A stretch of 64,000 nt of DNA, from assembly GCA_965203515.1 (NCBI GenBank), contig OZ241907.1, positions 3,520,001-3,584,000 on the forward strand. Reading direction: 5' to 3'. Both the position numbers and the translations under genes were made by a program. The DNA comes from Spirochaetia bacterium (GTDB lineage: Bacteria; Spirochaetota; Spirochaetia; SZUA-6; Bin103). The notes under the pieces are model-generated. The model made no database searches and was not told the origin of the DNA. It saw nothing but the letters and a program-made list of their open reading frames with translations. This document shows positions 1-9,880 of this stretch, piece after piece. The stretch's first letter is position 1. Every line of letters begins with the position of its first letter.

Positions 1-2571
1 GCGGGCGTTGAGGATCTCCTGCGCGAACGGCGACGGTTCGCGCAGGTCGCGGCAGATCAGCGTCAGGTCGCCGGCGCGCATGGCGGCGAGCAGCCGCTGC
101 AGCGCGTCGACGTCCATCGCCTCGGTCAGGCAGTCGTCGATCGTCTGCGTCACCAGCGGGTGGTCGGGCACCTCGCGCTCGCCGGCCAGGTTCTCGGCGC
201 AGGCGAGCTGGTCCGGGAAGACCAGGGCCACCAGGTCCTCCGCCTGCATGCGCTGCAGGTAGGGCGGCACCCGGCGGCCGCCCCGCCAGCGCGGCACCGC
301 CAGCGCGCGGGAAGCGTTCCAGCGCCAGCGCACGTTGAACATCGGCGCGTCGAGCAGCGCCTGCACCAGCACGTCGCGCACGGAGTTGGGGTGCAGGTAG
401 TTCCACACCTCCTGCATGCGGAAGCTGTGCGTGGGGCCGAGCGACAGCACGATGGCGTCGTCGGTCGCCGCCGCCTGCAGCTCGAAGTTGAAGGTGCGGC
501 AGAACCGCTTGCGCAGCGCCAGACCCCAGCCGCGGTTGAGGCGGGTGCCGTGCGGGGAGTGGATCACCAGATGCATGTCCCCGGCCTCGTCGAAGAACCG
601 CTCCATCACCAGGGTGCGGCAGGTCGGCATGGCGCCCAGCGCGTTCCGGCCGGCCGCAAGGTATTCGGCCGCCTGCTCCGCCGCGCTCGCCGGCACGCCG
701 GGCAGCGCCGCCAGCCAGGCGGCCGCCGCCGGCGCCGCCGGGCGGCCGTTCCGCTCCGCGTCCCGGATCGCCGCCTCCGCCCCTTCGCGCAACGCCGACA
801 CCGCGCTCGACAGCTCCGGCGTGCGGCCCGGCGCCTCGCCGAGCCAGAAGGGGATGGTAGGCCGCTGGTCGCCCGCATGCGCCACCCGCACGGTGCTGCC
901 GGACACCTGCAGGATGCGCCAGGAGGTGTTGCCGAGCTGGAAGATGTCGCCGGCCATGCTCTCGATGGCGAAGTCCTCATGGATGGTGCCGACCACGGTC
1001 TCGTCCGGCTCGGCGCGCACCTCGTAGTCGAAGGTGTCGGGGATGGCGCCGCCGCCGGTCAGCGCCACCAGACGGGCGCCGCGGCGCGCCCGCAGCCGGC
1101 CGTTGACCGCGTCGAGGTGCAGGTAGGCGCCGCGCCGTCCGCGGCGGGTGGTGAAGCCCTCGGCCAGCATCCGCACCACCTCGTCGAACCGTTCTCGCGG
1201 CAGGCCCCGGTACGGGTACGCCCGGTGCACGACCCCGTACAACTCATCGGCCGACCATTCGCGCGCCGCGCACTCGGCGACGATCTGCTGCGCCAGGATG
1301 TCGAGCGGCCGGTCCGGGATCGGAATCTCGTCCAGATCGCCCCGCGCGGCGGCCGCCAGCAGCGCGCACCCCTCCACCAGGTCGTCGCGGCTGAGCGGGA
1401 ACAGGCGGCCCTTGGGCGTGGCGCCGACCGCGTGCCCGGAGCGGCCGACGCGCTGCAGAAAGGCCATGATCGACCGCGGCGAGCCGAGCTGGCACACCAG
1501 ATCGACGGCGCCGATGTCGATGCCCAGCTCCAGCGACGCGGTGGCGACCAGCGCGCGCAACGAGCCCTCCTTGAGGCGCCGCTCGGCGTCCAGGCGCGTC
1601 TCCTTGGAGAGGCTGCCGTGGTGGGCGGCTACGGCGTCCGGTCCCAGGCGCTCGCTCAGCTCGTGCGCGGCGCGTTCGGCCATGCGCCGGGTGTTGACGA
1701 AGATCAGCGTGGTGCGGTGCCGGTCGATCAGCTCGCACAGGCGGGCGTAGATCTCCTCCCACACCTCATTGGACATCACCGCGGCCAGGGGCGAGCCCGG
1801 CAGCTCCAGCGCGGCGTCCATGCGGCGGCGGTGGCCGGCGTCGACGATCGCGCACGGTTCGCCGGACGGCACCAGATACTCGGCGACCCGTTCGATCGGC
1901 TTCTGCGTCGCCGACAGGCCGATGCGGCGCGGCGGGGCGTCGGTCAGCGCCTGCAGCCGCTCCAGGCTGAGGGCGAGGTGGGAGCCGCGCTTGGAGCCGA
2001 CCACGGCGTGGATCTCGTCGACGATCACGGTCCGCACCGAAGCGAGCATGCGCCGGCCGCCGTCGGCGGTGAGCAGCAGGTAGAGCGACTCCGGCGTGGT
2101 CACCAGGATGTGGGGAGGCCGGCGCGTCATCGCCGTGCGCGCGCCGGCGGGGGTGTCGCCGGTGCGTACCAGCGAGCGGATCGGCGGAAGCCCGTCCGGG
2201 CTCGATCCGTCGGGGCTCGATCCGTCCGGGTGGAGGCGGCCGTGGATGCCGGCCAGCGGCTGCTCCAGGTTGCGGTGGATGTCGTTGCTGAGCGCCTTCA
2301 GGGGGGAGACGTACAGGACGGAGGTCGCCTCGCTCAGGGCGCCGTCGGCCGATCGCCGCACCAGGCCGTCGATCGCGGACAGGAACGCGGCGAGCGTCTT
2401 GCCGGAACCGGTGGGAGCGGCGATCAGGGTGTGCCGGCCGCCGGCGATCTGCGCCCAGGCGCGCTCCTGTATCTCGGTGGGAGCGGCGAAGGCGCCGCGA
2501 AACCAGCCGGCGACCGCCGGATGGAATCGCTGCAGCGGGTCGGCGGGGAGGGTGGGGCGGGCGCCGGTCAT
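1..2571 (-). CDS. lhr: Lhr-like DEAD/DEAH-box helicase (3' part runs off the window)
   Basis: ATG at 2571 reads [39 protein letters not shown]...[13 protein letters not shown]; later [57 protein letters not shown]. Absent from the ORF track because no stop lies in the window. Confidence 0.9.
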   Translation of the reverse strand, partial: MTGARPTLPADPLQRFHPAVAGWFRGAFAAPTEIQERAWAQIAGGRHTLIAAPTGSGKTLAAFLSAIDGLVRRSADGALSEATSVLYVSPLKALSNDIHRNLEQPLAGIHGRLHPDGSSPDGSSPDGLPPIRSLVRTGDTPAGARTAMTRRPPHILVTTPESLYLLLTADGGRRMLASVRTVIVDEIHAVVGSKRGSHLALSLERLQALTDAPPRRIGLSATQKPIERVAEYLVPSGEPCAIVDAGHRRRMDAALELPGSPLAAVMSNEVWEEIYARLCELIDRHRTTLIFVNTRRMAERAAHELSERLGPDAVAAHHGSLSKETRLDAERRLKEGSLRALVATASLELGIDIGAVDLVCQLGSPRSIMAFLQRVGRSGHAVGATPKGRLFPLSRDDLVEGCALLAAAARGDLDEIPIPDRPLDILAQQIVAECAAREWSADELYGVVHRAYPYRGLPRERFDEVVRMLAEGFTTRRGRRGAYLHLDAVNGRLRARRGARLVALTGGGAIPDTFDYEVRAEPDETVVGTIHEDFAIESMAGDIFQLGNTSWRILQVSGSTVRVAHAGDQRPTIPFWLGEAPGRTPELSSAVSALREGAEAAIRDAERNGRPAAPAAAAWLAALPGVPASAAEQAAEYLAAGRNALGAMPTCRTLVMERFFDEAGDMHLVIHSPHGTRLNRGWGLALRKRFCRTFNFELQAAATDDAIVLSLGPTHSFRMQEVWNYLHPNSVRDVLVQALLDAPMFNVRWRWNASRALAVPRWRGGRRVPPYLQRMQAEDLVALVFPDQLACAENLAGEREVPDHPLVTQTIDDCLTEAMDVDALQRLLAAMRAGDLTLICRDLREPSPFAQEILNAR

Positions 2572-2614
2572 AGGATCAGGGGCCGCGGACCGGCCGTCAA
2601 ACGTCGACGGCAGC

Positions 2615-2944
2615 CTAGGCGGCCGGGGCCGGCGCATCGGCGGGCGCGACCGGGCGCACCGGCGCCAGCACCGGCGCGAGCGCGTCGAGCCGGCCTTCGA
2701 TGCGGGCGACGCGCTCACCCAGGGCGTGCAGGTCGCGCCGCACGTCCGCCACCTCGCCGCGCAACGTCCTCACCTCGTCGCGCAGGTCCGCCACGTTGCC
2801 GCGCAGGTCCGCCATGCTGCCGCGCAGGTCCGCCATGCTGCCGCGCATGTCCCCCATGCTGCCGCGCATCGATAGCAGCAGCGGCACCAGCGCCGCCAGC
2901 AGCGCCGCCCCGACGGCGACGATCGCGATCGCCTCCGTGCTCAT
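2615..2944 (-). CDS. Small membrane-anchored coiled-coil protein with heptad repeats
   Basis: ATG 2944: [24 protein letters not shown] (hydrophobic), then RGSMADL-type heptads and [10 protein letters not shown]-terminal part of ORF 2615..3796. Confidence 0.75.
   Translation of the reverse strand: MSTEAIAIVAVGAALLAALVPLLLSMRGSMGDMRGSMADLRGSMADLRGNVADLRDEVRTLRGEVADVRRDLHALGERVARIEGRLDALAPVLAPVRPVAPADAPAPAA
2780..2869. repeat. 21-bp tandem repeat (~4 copies) encoding heptads
   Basis: gcgcaggtccgcca(t/c)g(c/t)tgcc units start at 2780, 2801, 2822 and 2843. Confidence 0.85.
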
Positions 2945-2950
2945 GTTGTC

Positions 2951-2979
2951 ACGGTACCGCGCACCGGCACCGGGCGCAA
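2951..2979 (-). promoter_or_regulatory. Putative sigma70 promoter, leaderless
   Basis: TTGCGC-17-TACCGT on the minus strand, 6 nt before ATG 2944, no SD. Confidence 0.45.
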
Positions 2980-2982
2980 CCG

Positions 2983-3714
2983 TCAGTCGTAGCGGATGCG
3001 GGGATCGAGCGCGGCCAGGGCGATGTCGGCCAGCAGGTTCCCGATCAGGAGAAAGATCGCGTAGAACTGCAGGATGCTGGCCGCCATGAAGATGTCCTCG
3101 CCCAGCACCGCTTCCAGGAGGAGCGGACCGGCGGTCGGCAGGTTGAGGACGATCGAGGTGATCGCTTCGCTCGACAGCAGGGTCGGCAGGGTCATGCCAA
3201 GGCTGCTGACGAACGGGTTGAAGGCGATCCGTACCGCATGGCGCCGGATGACGATCCGCTCCTTCATGCCCTTCGATCGCGCGGTGGTGACGTACGGCTC
3301 GCCCAGAACGTCGAGCAGGTTGCCGCGCATCACGCGGATGGTGCCGGCGGTCCCGGCCGTGCCGATCACCAGGATCGGAATCCACAGATTCTTGATGAAG
3401 TCGAGCGCCTTCATGACGCTCCACGGAGCGTTCTGATACGCCGGCGAGAACAGGCTCCCCACCGGCATCCCGAAGCCGAACAGCGCGATCACCATGAGCG
3501 CCAGGGCCAGGAAGAAGTTGGGGATCGACAGGCCCACGAACCCGAAGAACGTGGCGATGTAGTCGCCGGGAGTGTTCTTGTGGATCGCCACGTAGATGCC
3601 GATCGGTATGCCGATACCCCAGATGAAGATCAGGGAGGCGATGGAGATCGTGAAGCTCAGCGCCAGCCGGCTGCCCAGCAACTCGGCGACCGGCCGTTCG
3701 TAGATGAACGACAC
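2983..3714 (-). pseudogene. 5'-truncated DppB/OppB-type ABC peptide permease
   Basis: Contains YVTTARSKGM..RHAVR (EAA region) and ends LDPRIRYD. It begins at the mid-protein SFIYERPV motif, directly after an HNH fragment. No partner ABC genes are adjacent. Confidence 0.75.
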
Positions 3715-3724
3715 GCGCCGCAGC

Positions 3725-3850
3725 GGCATACGGCACGACGTGATCGATCTGCAGCAGATGTTGGGAGTCGCAGCGGCGCCCGCTGGTGCGGTCCACGTAG
3801 CTGCAGCGGCCCCGGTCGCGCCGCCAGACCGCGCGCTTGACCGCCGCCGG
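3725..3850 (-). pseudogene. ~125-bp remnant of the HNH endonuclease gene family
   Basis: Reverse complement is nearly identical to ~24438-24564 (PAAVKRAVWRRDRGRCSYVDRTSGRRC.SQHLLQIDHVVPYA). Confidence 0.9.
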
Positions 3851-3889
3851 CCGGGCCGGCGGCGTGCCGCTCCCGGCGCGGAGACCGGC

Positions 3890-5527
3890 CTACTCCCTGG
3901 CGATCGGCAAGGACGGACGCGCGACCGACGCCACTCCGGCAGCCGGCCCCGCCGGCGCCTGATCGGCTCTCTGAACCAGAAGCTGCTTGCCCGCCAGGGT
4001 TTGGCGCGCCCAATGCAGGTTCTGGTATTGATCGTTGCCGCTCTCCACCAGATTGGCCCTGCCGGTCGCGCGGGTATTGCCAGCGCCGGTGGGCGGCCTC
4101 GAAAAGGATACCCTCGGGGCAGACGTATAGCCGCTCCCGCCGTCGGTGACCCTCACTGACGTAACCCAGGATTGAATCACCGCGGTGCCGGCGGCCGTGG
4201 TGCCGCCGCTTGGCGCCGCCGAAAAGGTCACGGTCGGGGCCCCCGAGGTATAGCCGCTCCCTCCGTCCGTGATCGTCACCGACGCTACGCCGTAGCGCAT
4301 TTCCACGGTACCGGTTGCCGCGGTGCCGTCGTGCGGCGCTTGAAACCATATGGTTGGGGTGGCGGTGTAACCACTCCCCGGGTTGTCGATCGTCACCGAC
4401 GCTACGCCGCTTTGCACCACCGCGGTGCCTCGTGCCGTCTGAGATTGGATCGGCGCGGCCGAAAACGCTATGAGTGGGACACCAGTGTAGCCGCTCCCGC
4501 GGGTCGTCATCGTCACGTCCACTACTCTGCCGTTTTGCAGTATCGCGGTGGCGGCCGCGCCGCTGCCCCCTCCGCCAACAAACGACACGGAAGGGGCGGA
4601 CGTGTAGCCGCTCCCGGAGTTCGTGATCGTGATTGACTTTACGCCGGTTTGCAGCACCGCCCTGCCTTGCGCGCCGGTGTTCCCGTATGGCAGGATGGCC
4701 CACGCCGCTGGTTGCGGAAAATGCACCGCAGGGGCGTCAACGACAAGCTGGCCCGGGTTGCCGGGCGAGGGCCACCTGTAGCCGCTCCCGGGGTTCGTAA
4801 CTGTAAAGGAATGGACTGTGCCTTTCCCCACCGCGGCGCCGGTCGCCGTGGTGCCCGACGGCGGTGGCCCTAACGTCACGGTGGGAACCGCCGTGTAGCC
4901 ACTCCCCTCGGTCGTAATCGTCACCGAATCGACGCTGGAGCCCTTTACCGCGGTGCCGTATGCCCTGGTGCCGCGGCCCCCCGGCGGTCCCGCAAAGCTC
5001 ACGGTCGGGTCCGCCGCGTAGCCGCTCCCCGGGCTCGTGATCGTTACCGACTCAACCGTGTCGCCGACGACCACCTGATCCGGGGCGGTGAGCACCAGCG
5101 CCACTGCGCCTGCCCGGACCTCGGCGGCAACCGACCACTCCGCGCCGGTGAGGTCGTTCTCGAAGACCGGCGCGGTCGCCTTGCTCGTGAACGGCAGCTC
5201 GTGGCCGCCGATCGACACGGTCACCTTCTCGCCCTCGGCGCCGGTGATCCCGTCCCAGGCAAACGGCGCGGAACGGCTGGACACGGCGCCCGTCAGGTCC
5301 GTTTCATCGTCACCAAAGTCAGCCGCGCCGATCGTCCAGTTCTTCTCTGCCGGCGCTGCCGGCGGCGGAGCCGGGGCGGTCGGTGTCCCGTCGCCGCCGC
5401 CGGTCCCTCCGTTTCCTGCGCCCGCACCGCCGGGGCCGGTAGTTGCCGGCGGCCGTGCCGCTTGCGGGCACGCCAGCAGGACGATGCCGGCGACCATCAA
5501 CAGCGATACCAGCGATGCTCTACCCAA
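3890..5527 (-). CDS. Surface lipoprotein with 8 ~40-aa GSGY repeats
   Basis: TTG 5527 with GGAGG upstream; lipobox-like LLAC; Gly/Pro linker; repeats SVTITxxGSGYTxAPTVxF; paralog of 39188..41452. Confidence 0.8.
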   Translation of the reverse strand: MGRASLVSLLMVAGIVLLACPQAARPPATTGPGGAGAGNGGTGGGDGTPTAPAPPPAAPAEKNWTIGAADFGDDETDLTGAVSSRSAPFAWDGITGAEGEKVTVSIGGHELPFTSKATAPVFENDLTGAEWSVAAEVRAGAVALVLTAPDQVVVGDTVESVTITSPGSGYAADPTVSFAGPPGGRGTRAYGTAVKGSSVDSVTITTEGSGYTAVPTVTLGPPPSGTTATGAAVGKGTVHSFTVTNPGSGYRWPSPGNPGQLVVDAPAVHFPQPAAWAILPYGNTGAQGRAVLQTGVKSITITNSGSGYTSAPSVSFVGGGGSGAAATAILQNGRVVDVTMTTRGSGYTGVPLIAFSAAPIQSQTARGTAVVQSGVASVTIDNPGSGYTATPTIWFQAPHDGTAATGTVEMRYGVASVTITDGGSGYTSGAPTVTFSAAPSGGTTAAGTAVIQSWVTSVRVTDGGSGYTSAPRVSFSRPPTGAGNTRATGRANLVESGNDQYQNLHWARQTLAGKQLLVQRADQAPAGPAAGVASVARPSLPIARE

Positions 5528-5678
5528 AGCTTCTCCTCCGTGGCGTGTCCGCCGTCGATCGCGCCGGCCGCTGCCGGCGGTTCGCCGACGTGCCGGGCCG
5601 CGGGCATGGTAGCACGCGCTCCCCAACGCTGACCGGTAGCGGTGATGGGCGGCGCACGGCAGCGCGGCCTGACCTGAC

Positions 5679-6542
5679 CTAACGATCCCAGGTCCGCTTG
5701 CGGGGATCGCTCACTTCGACCGCCAGCTCCGGTCCCATGCCCTCGATCGACATGCGCACCCGGTCGCCGTCCTGGATCGGCGACAGCGCGTAGTGGTGGG
5801 TGCCGGTGGAGACGACGTCGCCGGGCTCCAGGGCGACGACCGCGGTCACCTCGGCCAGCAGCTCCGGCACGTGGCGGGCCATCTCGCCGGTGTTGACGTC
5901 GTGCTTGAGGGTGTCGTTCACCCACAGCCGCATGGCGAGCGCGTTGGGATCGGGCACCTCGTCGGCGGTCACCAGCACCGGCCCCATGGGGCCGAAGGTG
6001 TGCCAGCTCTTGCCCAGGAAGAAGCCGCCGGGCAGGTCGCGCGCCGACACGTCCATGAATTGGGTGTAGCCGAAGATCGTGCCCAGGGCCTCCTCCGGGG
6101 CCAGCTTGGCGGCCGGTTTGCCCATGACCAGCGCGAATTCCGGCTCGAAGTGGAACACGGAGGCGTCCGCCTCGGGCAGCTCGACGGTATCGCCGGTGGC
6201 GATGACCGAGGTCGGCGACTTGAGGAACGCGTTGAAGGTCTCCTTTGCCGGGTGGGCCGGCTCGATGTAGTTGCCGGCCAGGCAGACGAGCTGTCCCGGG
6301 CGCGGCACCGGCGGGCGCAGGCGGACCTGGTCGACCGGCCGCGCGGGGCCGGAGGCGGCGGCCGACGCGATCGCGCCGCGGCGGTCGTTCCACCCCTCGA
6401 TGACCTGCCTGAGCAGTCCCTGGGCGGTATGCAGTCCCTGGGCGGTATGGTGGTGCAGATCGGCGACGGCGCCTGAGACGTCGACGACGCCGTCGTCGCG
6501 CAGCACGCCGAGTCGGTAGTCGTCGAAGAAGACGAGCTTCAC
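5679..6542 (-). CDS. Fumarylacetoacetate hydrolase family protein
   Basis: GTG 6542 after GGAGG; motifs CLAGNY, FLKSPTS, EPEFALV, DVSARD, GKSWHTFGPMGP, LEPGDVVSTGT. Confidence 0.9.
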   Translation of the reverse strand: MKLVFFDDYRLGVLRDDGVVDVSGAVADLHHHTAQGLHTAQGLLRQVIEGWNDRRGAIASAAASGPARPVDQVRLRPPVPRPGQLVCLAGNYIEPAHPAKETFNAFLKSPTSVIATGDTVELPEADASVFHFEPEFALVMGKPAAKLAPEEALGTIFGYTQFMDVSARDLPGGFFLGKSWHTFGPMGPVLVTADEVPDPNALAMRLWVNDTLKHDVNTGEMARHVPELLAEVTAVVALEPGDVVSTGTHHYALSPIQDGDRVRMSIEGMGPELAVEVSDPRKRTWDR

Positions 6543-6624
6543 GTGGTTGCCTCCGTTTCGGGGGTATCGGATCGACGGCCCGCAGGTTGGGGCCGGAGCG
6601 GCCCCATAGTACCATGCGCGCCCG

Positions 6625-7749
6625 ATGGTGGCGGGAAGCGAGGCGGCGGCCCTGGAGGCCGAGGCGGCGGCCCCGGAGGCCGAGGCGGCGGTCTTCGACG
6701 CGCTGTCCGGGGAGCCGATCCGGGCCGCGCGGGGCGCGCCGGGGATCGAGGTGTCCGCCGGCGCGGCGCTGGTGAGCGGGCCGGCGCTGTTCGATCCGCA
6801 GGTCAACGGCTTCGCCGGCGTCGACTTCAAGAGCGCCGGCCTGACGGCCGACGCCGTCGAGCACGCCGCTGCGGCGCTCGCCGCGGCCGGCTGCTCGCAC
6901 TTCCTGCCGACCGTGACCACGGCGGCCGTGGATCGGATGGAAGCGCAGCTCGCCGCGCTGGCCGCCGCTCGGACCGGCCGCGTGCGGGACGCGGTGCCGG
7001 GGTTCCACGTGGAGGGGCCGTTTCTGAGCCCGATCGAAGGGTTTCGCGGCGCGCACGATCCGGCCTGCATGCGCCATCCCGATCCGACCGTGTACGAACG
7101 GCTGCAGCGGGCCGCCGGCGGCCGCATCGTCATGCTCACCCTGGCGCCGGAGCTGCCCGGCGCGGTGGAGCTGATCCGGCGCGCCGCGGCCGACGGCGTG
7201 ACCGTCTGCGCCGGGCACAGCGACGCCGGCGGCGCCGAGCTGGAGGCGGCGGTGCGCGCGGGACTGCGGCTCTGGACCCACCTCGGCAACGGCTGCCCGG
7301 TCCGGTTGCATCGCCACGACAACGTGATCAACCGCGCGCTGGCCTGCCCGGAGTTGGCCGCGTCGGTCATCCCGGACGGCATCCATCTGCCGCCGGCGGC
7401 GCTCGGCCGGCTCACCGCCGGCCTGGGGCCGAGCCGGCTGATCGCCACCACCGACGCCATGGCGGCCGCCGGGGCGCCGCCCGGCATCTATTCGCTGGGA
7501 GACAAGCGGCTGGAGGTCGGCGCGGACCGGGTCGTCCGCGACGTGGGCGGCACCTACTTCGCCGGCTCTTCCCTGACGCCGCTGGAGGGCCTCTACAACC
7601 TGGTGCGCATCGGCGGCCTGGGAATGCAGGCCGCGTGGCGCGCCTGGACCTGGCTGCGCGATCGCATGTTCCCCGCGCTCGATGCGCCGCGCATCGCCGT
7701 CCCGTTCCCGGTGGGCCACGCCGCCGGCGCGTCCGTGGAGCCGCGTTGA
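6625..7749 (+). CDS. nagA: N-acetylglucosamine-6-phosphate deacetylase-like amidohydrolase
   Basis: DPQVNGFAGVDF, FHVEGPFL, GAH, TLAPE, GHSDA, THLGNG, IPDGIH, TDAMAAAG. Confidence 0.8.
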   Translation: MVAGSEAAALEAEAAAPEAEAAVFDALSGEPIRAARGAPGIEVSAGAALVSGPALFDPQVNGFAGVDFKSAGLTADAVEHAAAALAAAGCSHFLPTVTTAAVDRMEAQLAALAAARTGRVRDAVPGFHVEGPFLSPIEGFRGAHDPACMRHPDPTVYERLQRAAGGRIVMLTLAPELPGAVELIRRAAADGVTVCAGHSDAGGAELEAAVRAGLRLWTHLGNGCPVRLHRHDNVINRALACPELAASVIPDGIHLPPAALGRLTAGLGPSRLIATTDAMAAAGAPPGIYSLGDKRLEVGADRVVRDVGGTYFAGSSLTPLEGLYNLVRIGGLGMQAAWRAWTWLRDRMFPALDAPRIAVPFPVGHAAGASVEPR

Positions 7750-8876
7750 TGGAGCTCGAAGTGACCGCGAAGGTATCGGTCGAGCGGCTGCGACTGGATC
7801 GAATGAACCCGCGATTGATCGGGCAGGCGGAGCACGCATCCGACGAGTCCATCATCGCGCGGCTCTACCGCGGCGCCGAGATCGACGAGCTCCTGCAGTC
7901 GATATCGACCAACGGATACCTCGACATCGAGCCGTTGGTAGTCGTGCGCGACGCCGAACGCCGTCGGCTGATCGTGTTGGAGGGCAATCGGAGAATCGCG
8001 GCGCTGCGCCTGTTGCGCGAAGTGGACCTCGCTGAACGGATAGCGTCGTCCGAGCGACTCCGCATCAAGGTCCCACCGGTCGATGAATCCTTGCGCGCCA
8101 CGTTCGACCAAGTCTCGGTATACCTGGTGGCAAGCCGTGAGCGAGCGCGTTCATTCATCGGCTTCAAGCACATCAACGGTCCCGCCAAGTGGGACGCATA
8201 CGCCAAGGCCAGATTCGCCGCCGACTGGTACAAGACGGAACGACCAGACGGCGTCAGCCTGGAGGACATCGCCCGCTCCATCGGCGATCGCCACGACACG
8301 ATCAAACGTATGGTTTCGGCGGTCTATGTCCTGGAGCAGGCCGAACGCGCGGAGCTGTTCGAAATCCAGGACCGCACTACGAAGAAGTTCAATTTTTCTC
8401 ATCTCTACACGGCTCTGTCGCGTTCTCAATACATGGAATACCTGGGGCTTGGCAGCACGTGGGTTCGTTACGATCCGTCACCCGATCCGGTCCCGGCGGA
8501 GCGACTCGACGAGCTGCGGAAGGTGTTGGCATGGATCTTCGGATCGAAGAAGAAGGACGCGCTGCCCGTCATACAGTCTCAGAACCCTGACATCAAACGC
8601 CTCGGCGAAGTGCTCGCGCACGCGGAAGCGCGTCACGTGCTCGAAACGACCCACAACCTCGATGAAGCGCACGAGAGCACGGAGGCGGTCGACATACGGT
8701 TTACCGCTTCGCTGTTGCGCGCACGAGATGCCATCCGAGATGCCGCCGGAGCCCTCCGTGCGTTTGACGGGCGGGACAGGTCTCTGCTCGACATCGCGGA
8801 GGACGTCAAGGAAACCGCCGACAGCGTGTACTCCAGCATGGAGAGAAAGCATCGTCGAGCGATGGCTTCCGAATGA
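7749..8876 (+). CDS. ParB/Srx-like N-terminal domain protein
   Basis: ATG overlaps the nagA stop (TGATG); LDRMNPRL, SISTNGY, EPLVVV, VLEGNRRIAAL (GxRR motif), KHINGPAKW. Confidence 0.75.
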   Translation: MELEVTAKVSVERLRLDRMNPRLIGQAEHASDESIIARLYRGAEIDELLQSISTNGYLDIEPLVVVRDAERRRLIVLEGNRRIAALRLLREVDLAERIASSERLRIKVPPVDESLRATFDQVSVYLVASRERARSFIGFKHINGPAKWDAYAKARFAADWYKTERPDGVSLEDIARSIGDRHDTIKRMVSAVYVLEQAERAELFEIQDRTTKKFNFSHLYTALSRSQYMEYLGLGSTWVRYDPSPDPVPAERLDELRKVLAWIFGSKKKDALPVIQSQNPDIKRLGEVLAHAEARHVLETTHNLDEAHESTEAVDIRFTASLLRARDAIRDAAGALRAFDGRDRSLLDIAEDVKETADSVYSSMERKHRRAMASE

Positions 8877-9880
8877 CTCCGCGGCTGTATCTTCCGATCG
8901 ACACCGTGACCGGAGACGGAATCGATTTCGAGCGTGCCGCAGATTTTCTGGAACTCGTTGCGTTCTTTTCGGACGACGGGACCGCACTGACCTCGGAGCT
9001 CGCCAACTCCGCGTCGATCGGAGCCTCCGAAGACCATGCCGACCTGCACGACGAAATGGAGAACGGTGAAGAGGAGATCGTATCCGGTACCGTCAACCGG
9101 TTGGATCGTCGCCAACGCTCACTCGATAGGACATATCCATTTCGCATCGATGAAGGCGGCGACACCCTCACCTGCATTCTTGAGAACGATGCGTTCGGAC
9201 AAGCAGCGTATATCCTGAGCCTCGTGCTGTCCAACCTGCGATCGCTGTCTCCTGTTCTCGACGGTTCTCATCTTCATCCCGACGACGACGAAGTCCGAAA
9301 GCTGAGGGAGTATTTTCAGTTCTTCGCGACGGCCGCGCTTGCGGCGGAGGTGCATGGCGACGCGTGGTCATTCGGGTTCCCGCGACCGGATCGATCGCCG
9401 TTTCTCGACAAGCTGCGCCTGATCTGGCACCGACTTGGCGACGGCCGCGTCGGACGGCAGACCGGCGCTCCCGGACAACCGAAGGACGATCGGGTAGACG
9501 TATTTGCAGCACGCCCGCACGCAGATCGATTACCGGGATATCCGCTCGCCGCGGCACAGGTCGCGACCGGCCGGGATGCGGAGCAGAAGTCGTTGAAGGG
9601 TCATCTGAGCGCGTTCAAGAGCCGCTGGTTCGTCACCCAGCCGGTTACGGAGTTCATTGCCTACATGATCGTACCGTTCGCCGCGGCAGACAGCCGGTTC
9701 GTCGACTGGGTACGCACGAGGGGTAACGTTCTGCACCGGTTGAGACTGCCGTTGCGGGTCGAGGAGGCCAAGCGGCTCATAGCGGATGGCAGATCTATAG
9801 AGGGGTATGATCGGCTGCCTGATGTTGCGCGATGGGTCGCCCGATATCGTATGCGAACGGATGCGACGCATGCGACATAG
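8873..9880 (+). CDS. Hypothetical protein, putative PD-(D/E)XK-like restriction endonuclease fold
   Basis: ATGA coupling; KDDRVDVFAAR...AAAQVATG...K resembles a divergent D..D..QxxxG nuclease core. Confidence 0.55.
   Translation: MTPRLYLPIDTVTGDGIDFERAADFLELVAFFSDDGTALTSELANSASIGASEDHADLHDEMENGEEEIVSGTVNRLDRRQRSLDRTYPFRIDEGGDTLTCILENDAFGQAAYILSLVLSNLRSLSPVLDGSHLHPDDDEVRKLREYFQFFATAALAAEVHGDAWSFGFPRPDRSPFLDKLRLIWHRLGDGRVGRQTGAPGQPKDDRVDVFAARPHADRLPGYPLAAAQVATGRDAEQKSLKGHLSAFKSRWFVTQPVTEFIAYMIVPFAAADSRFVDWVRTRGNVLHRLRLPLRVEEAKRLIADGRSIEGYDRLPDVARWVARYRMRTDATHAT

Noticed and set aside
160..3840. 1226-aa plus-strand ORF
   Set aside because: Antisense shadow of lhr and dppB in high-GC DNA; no recognisable motifs.
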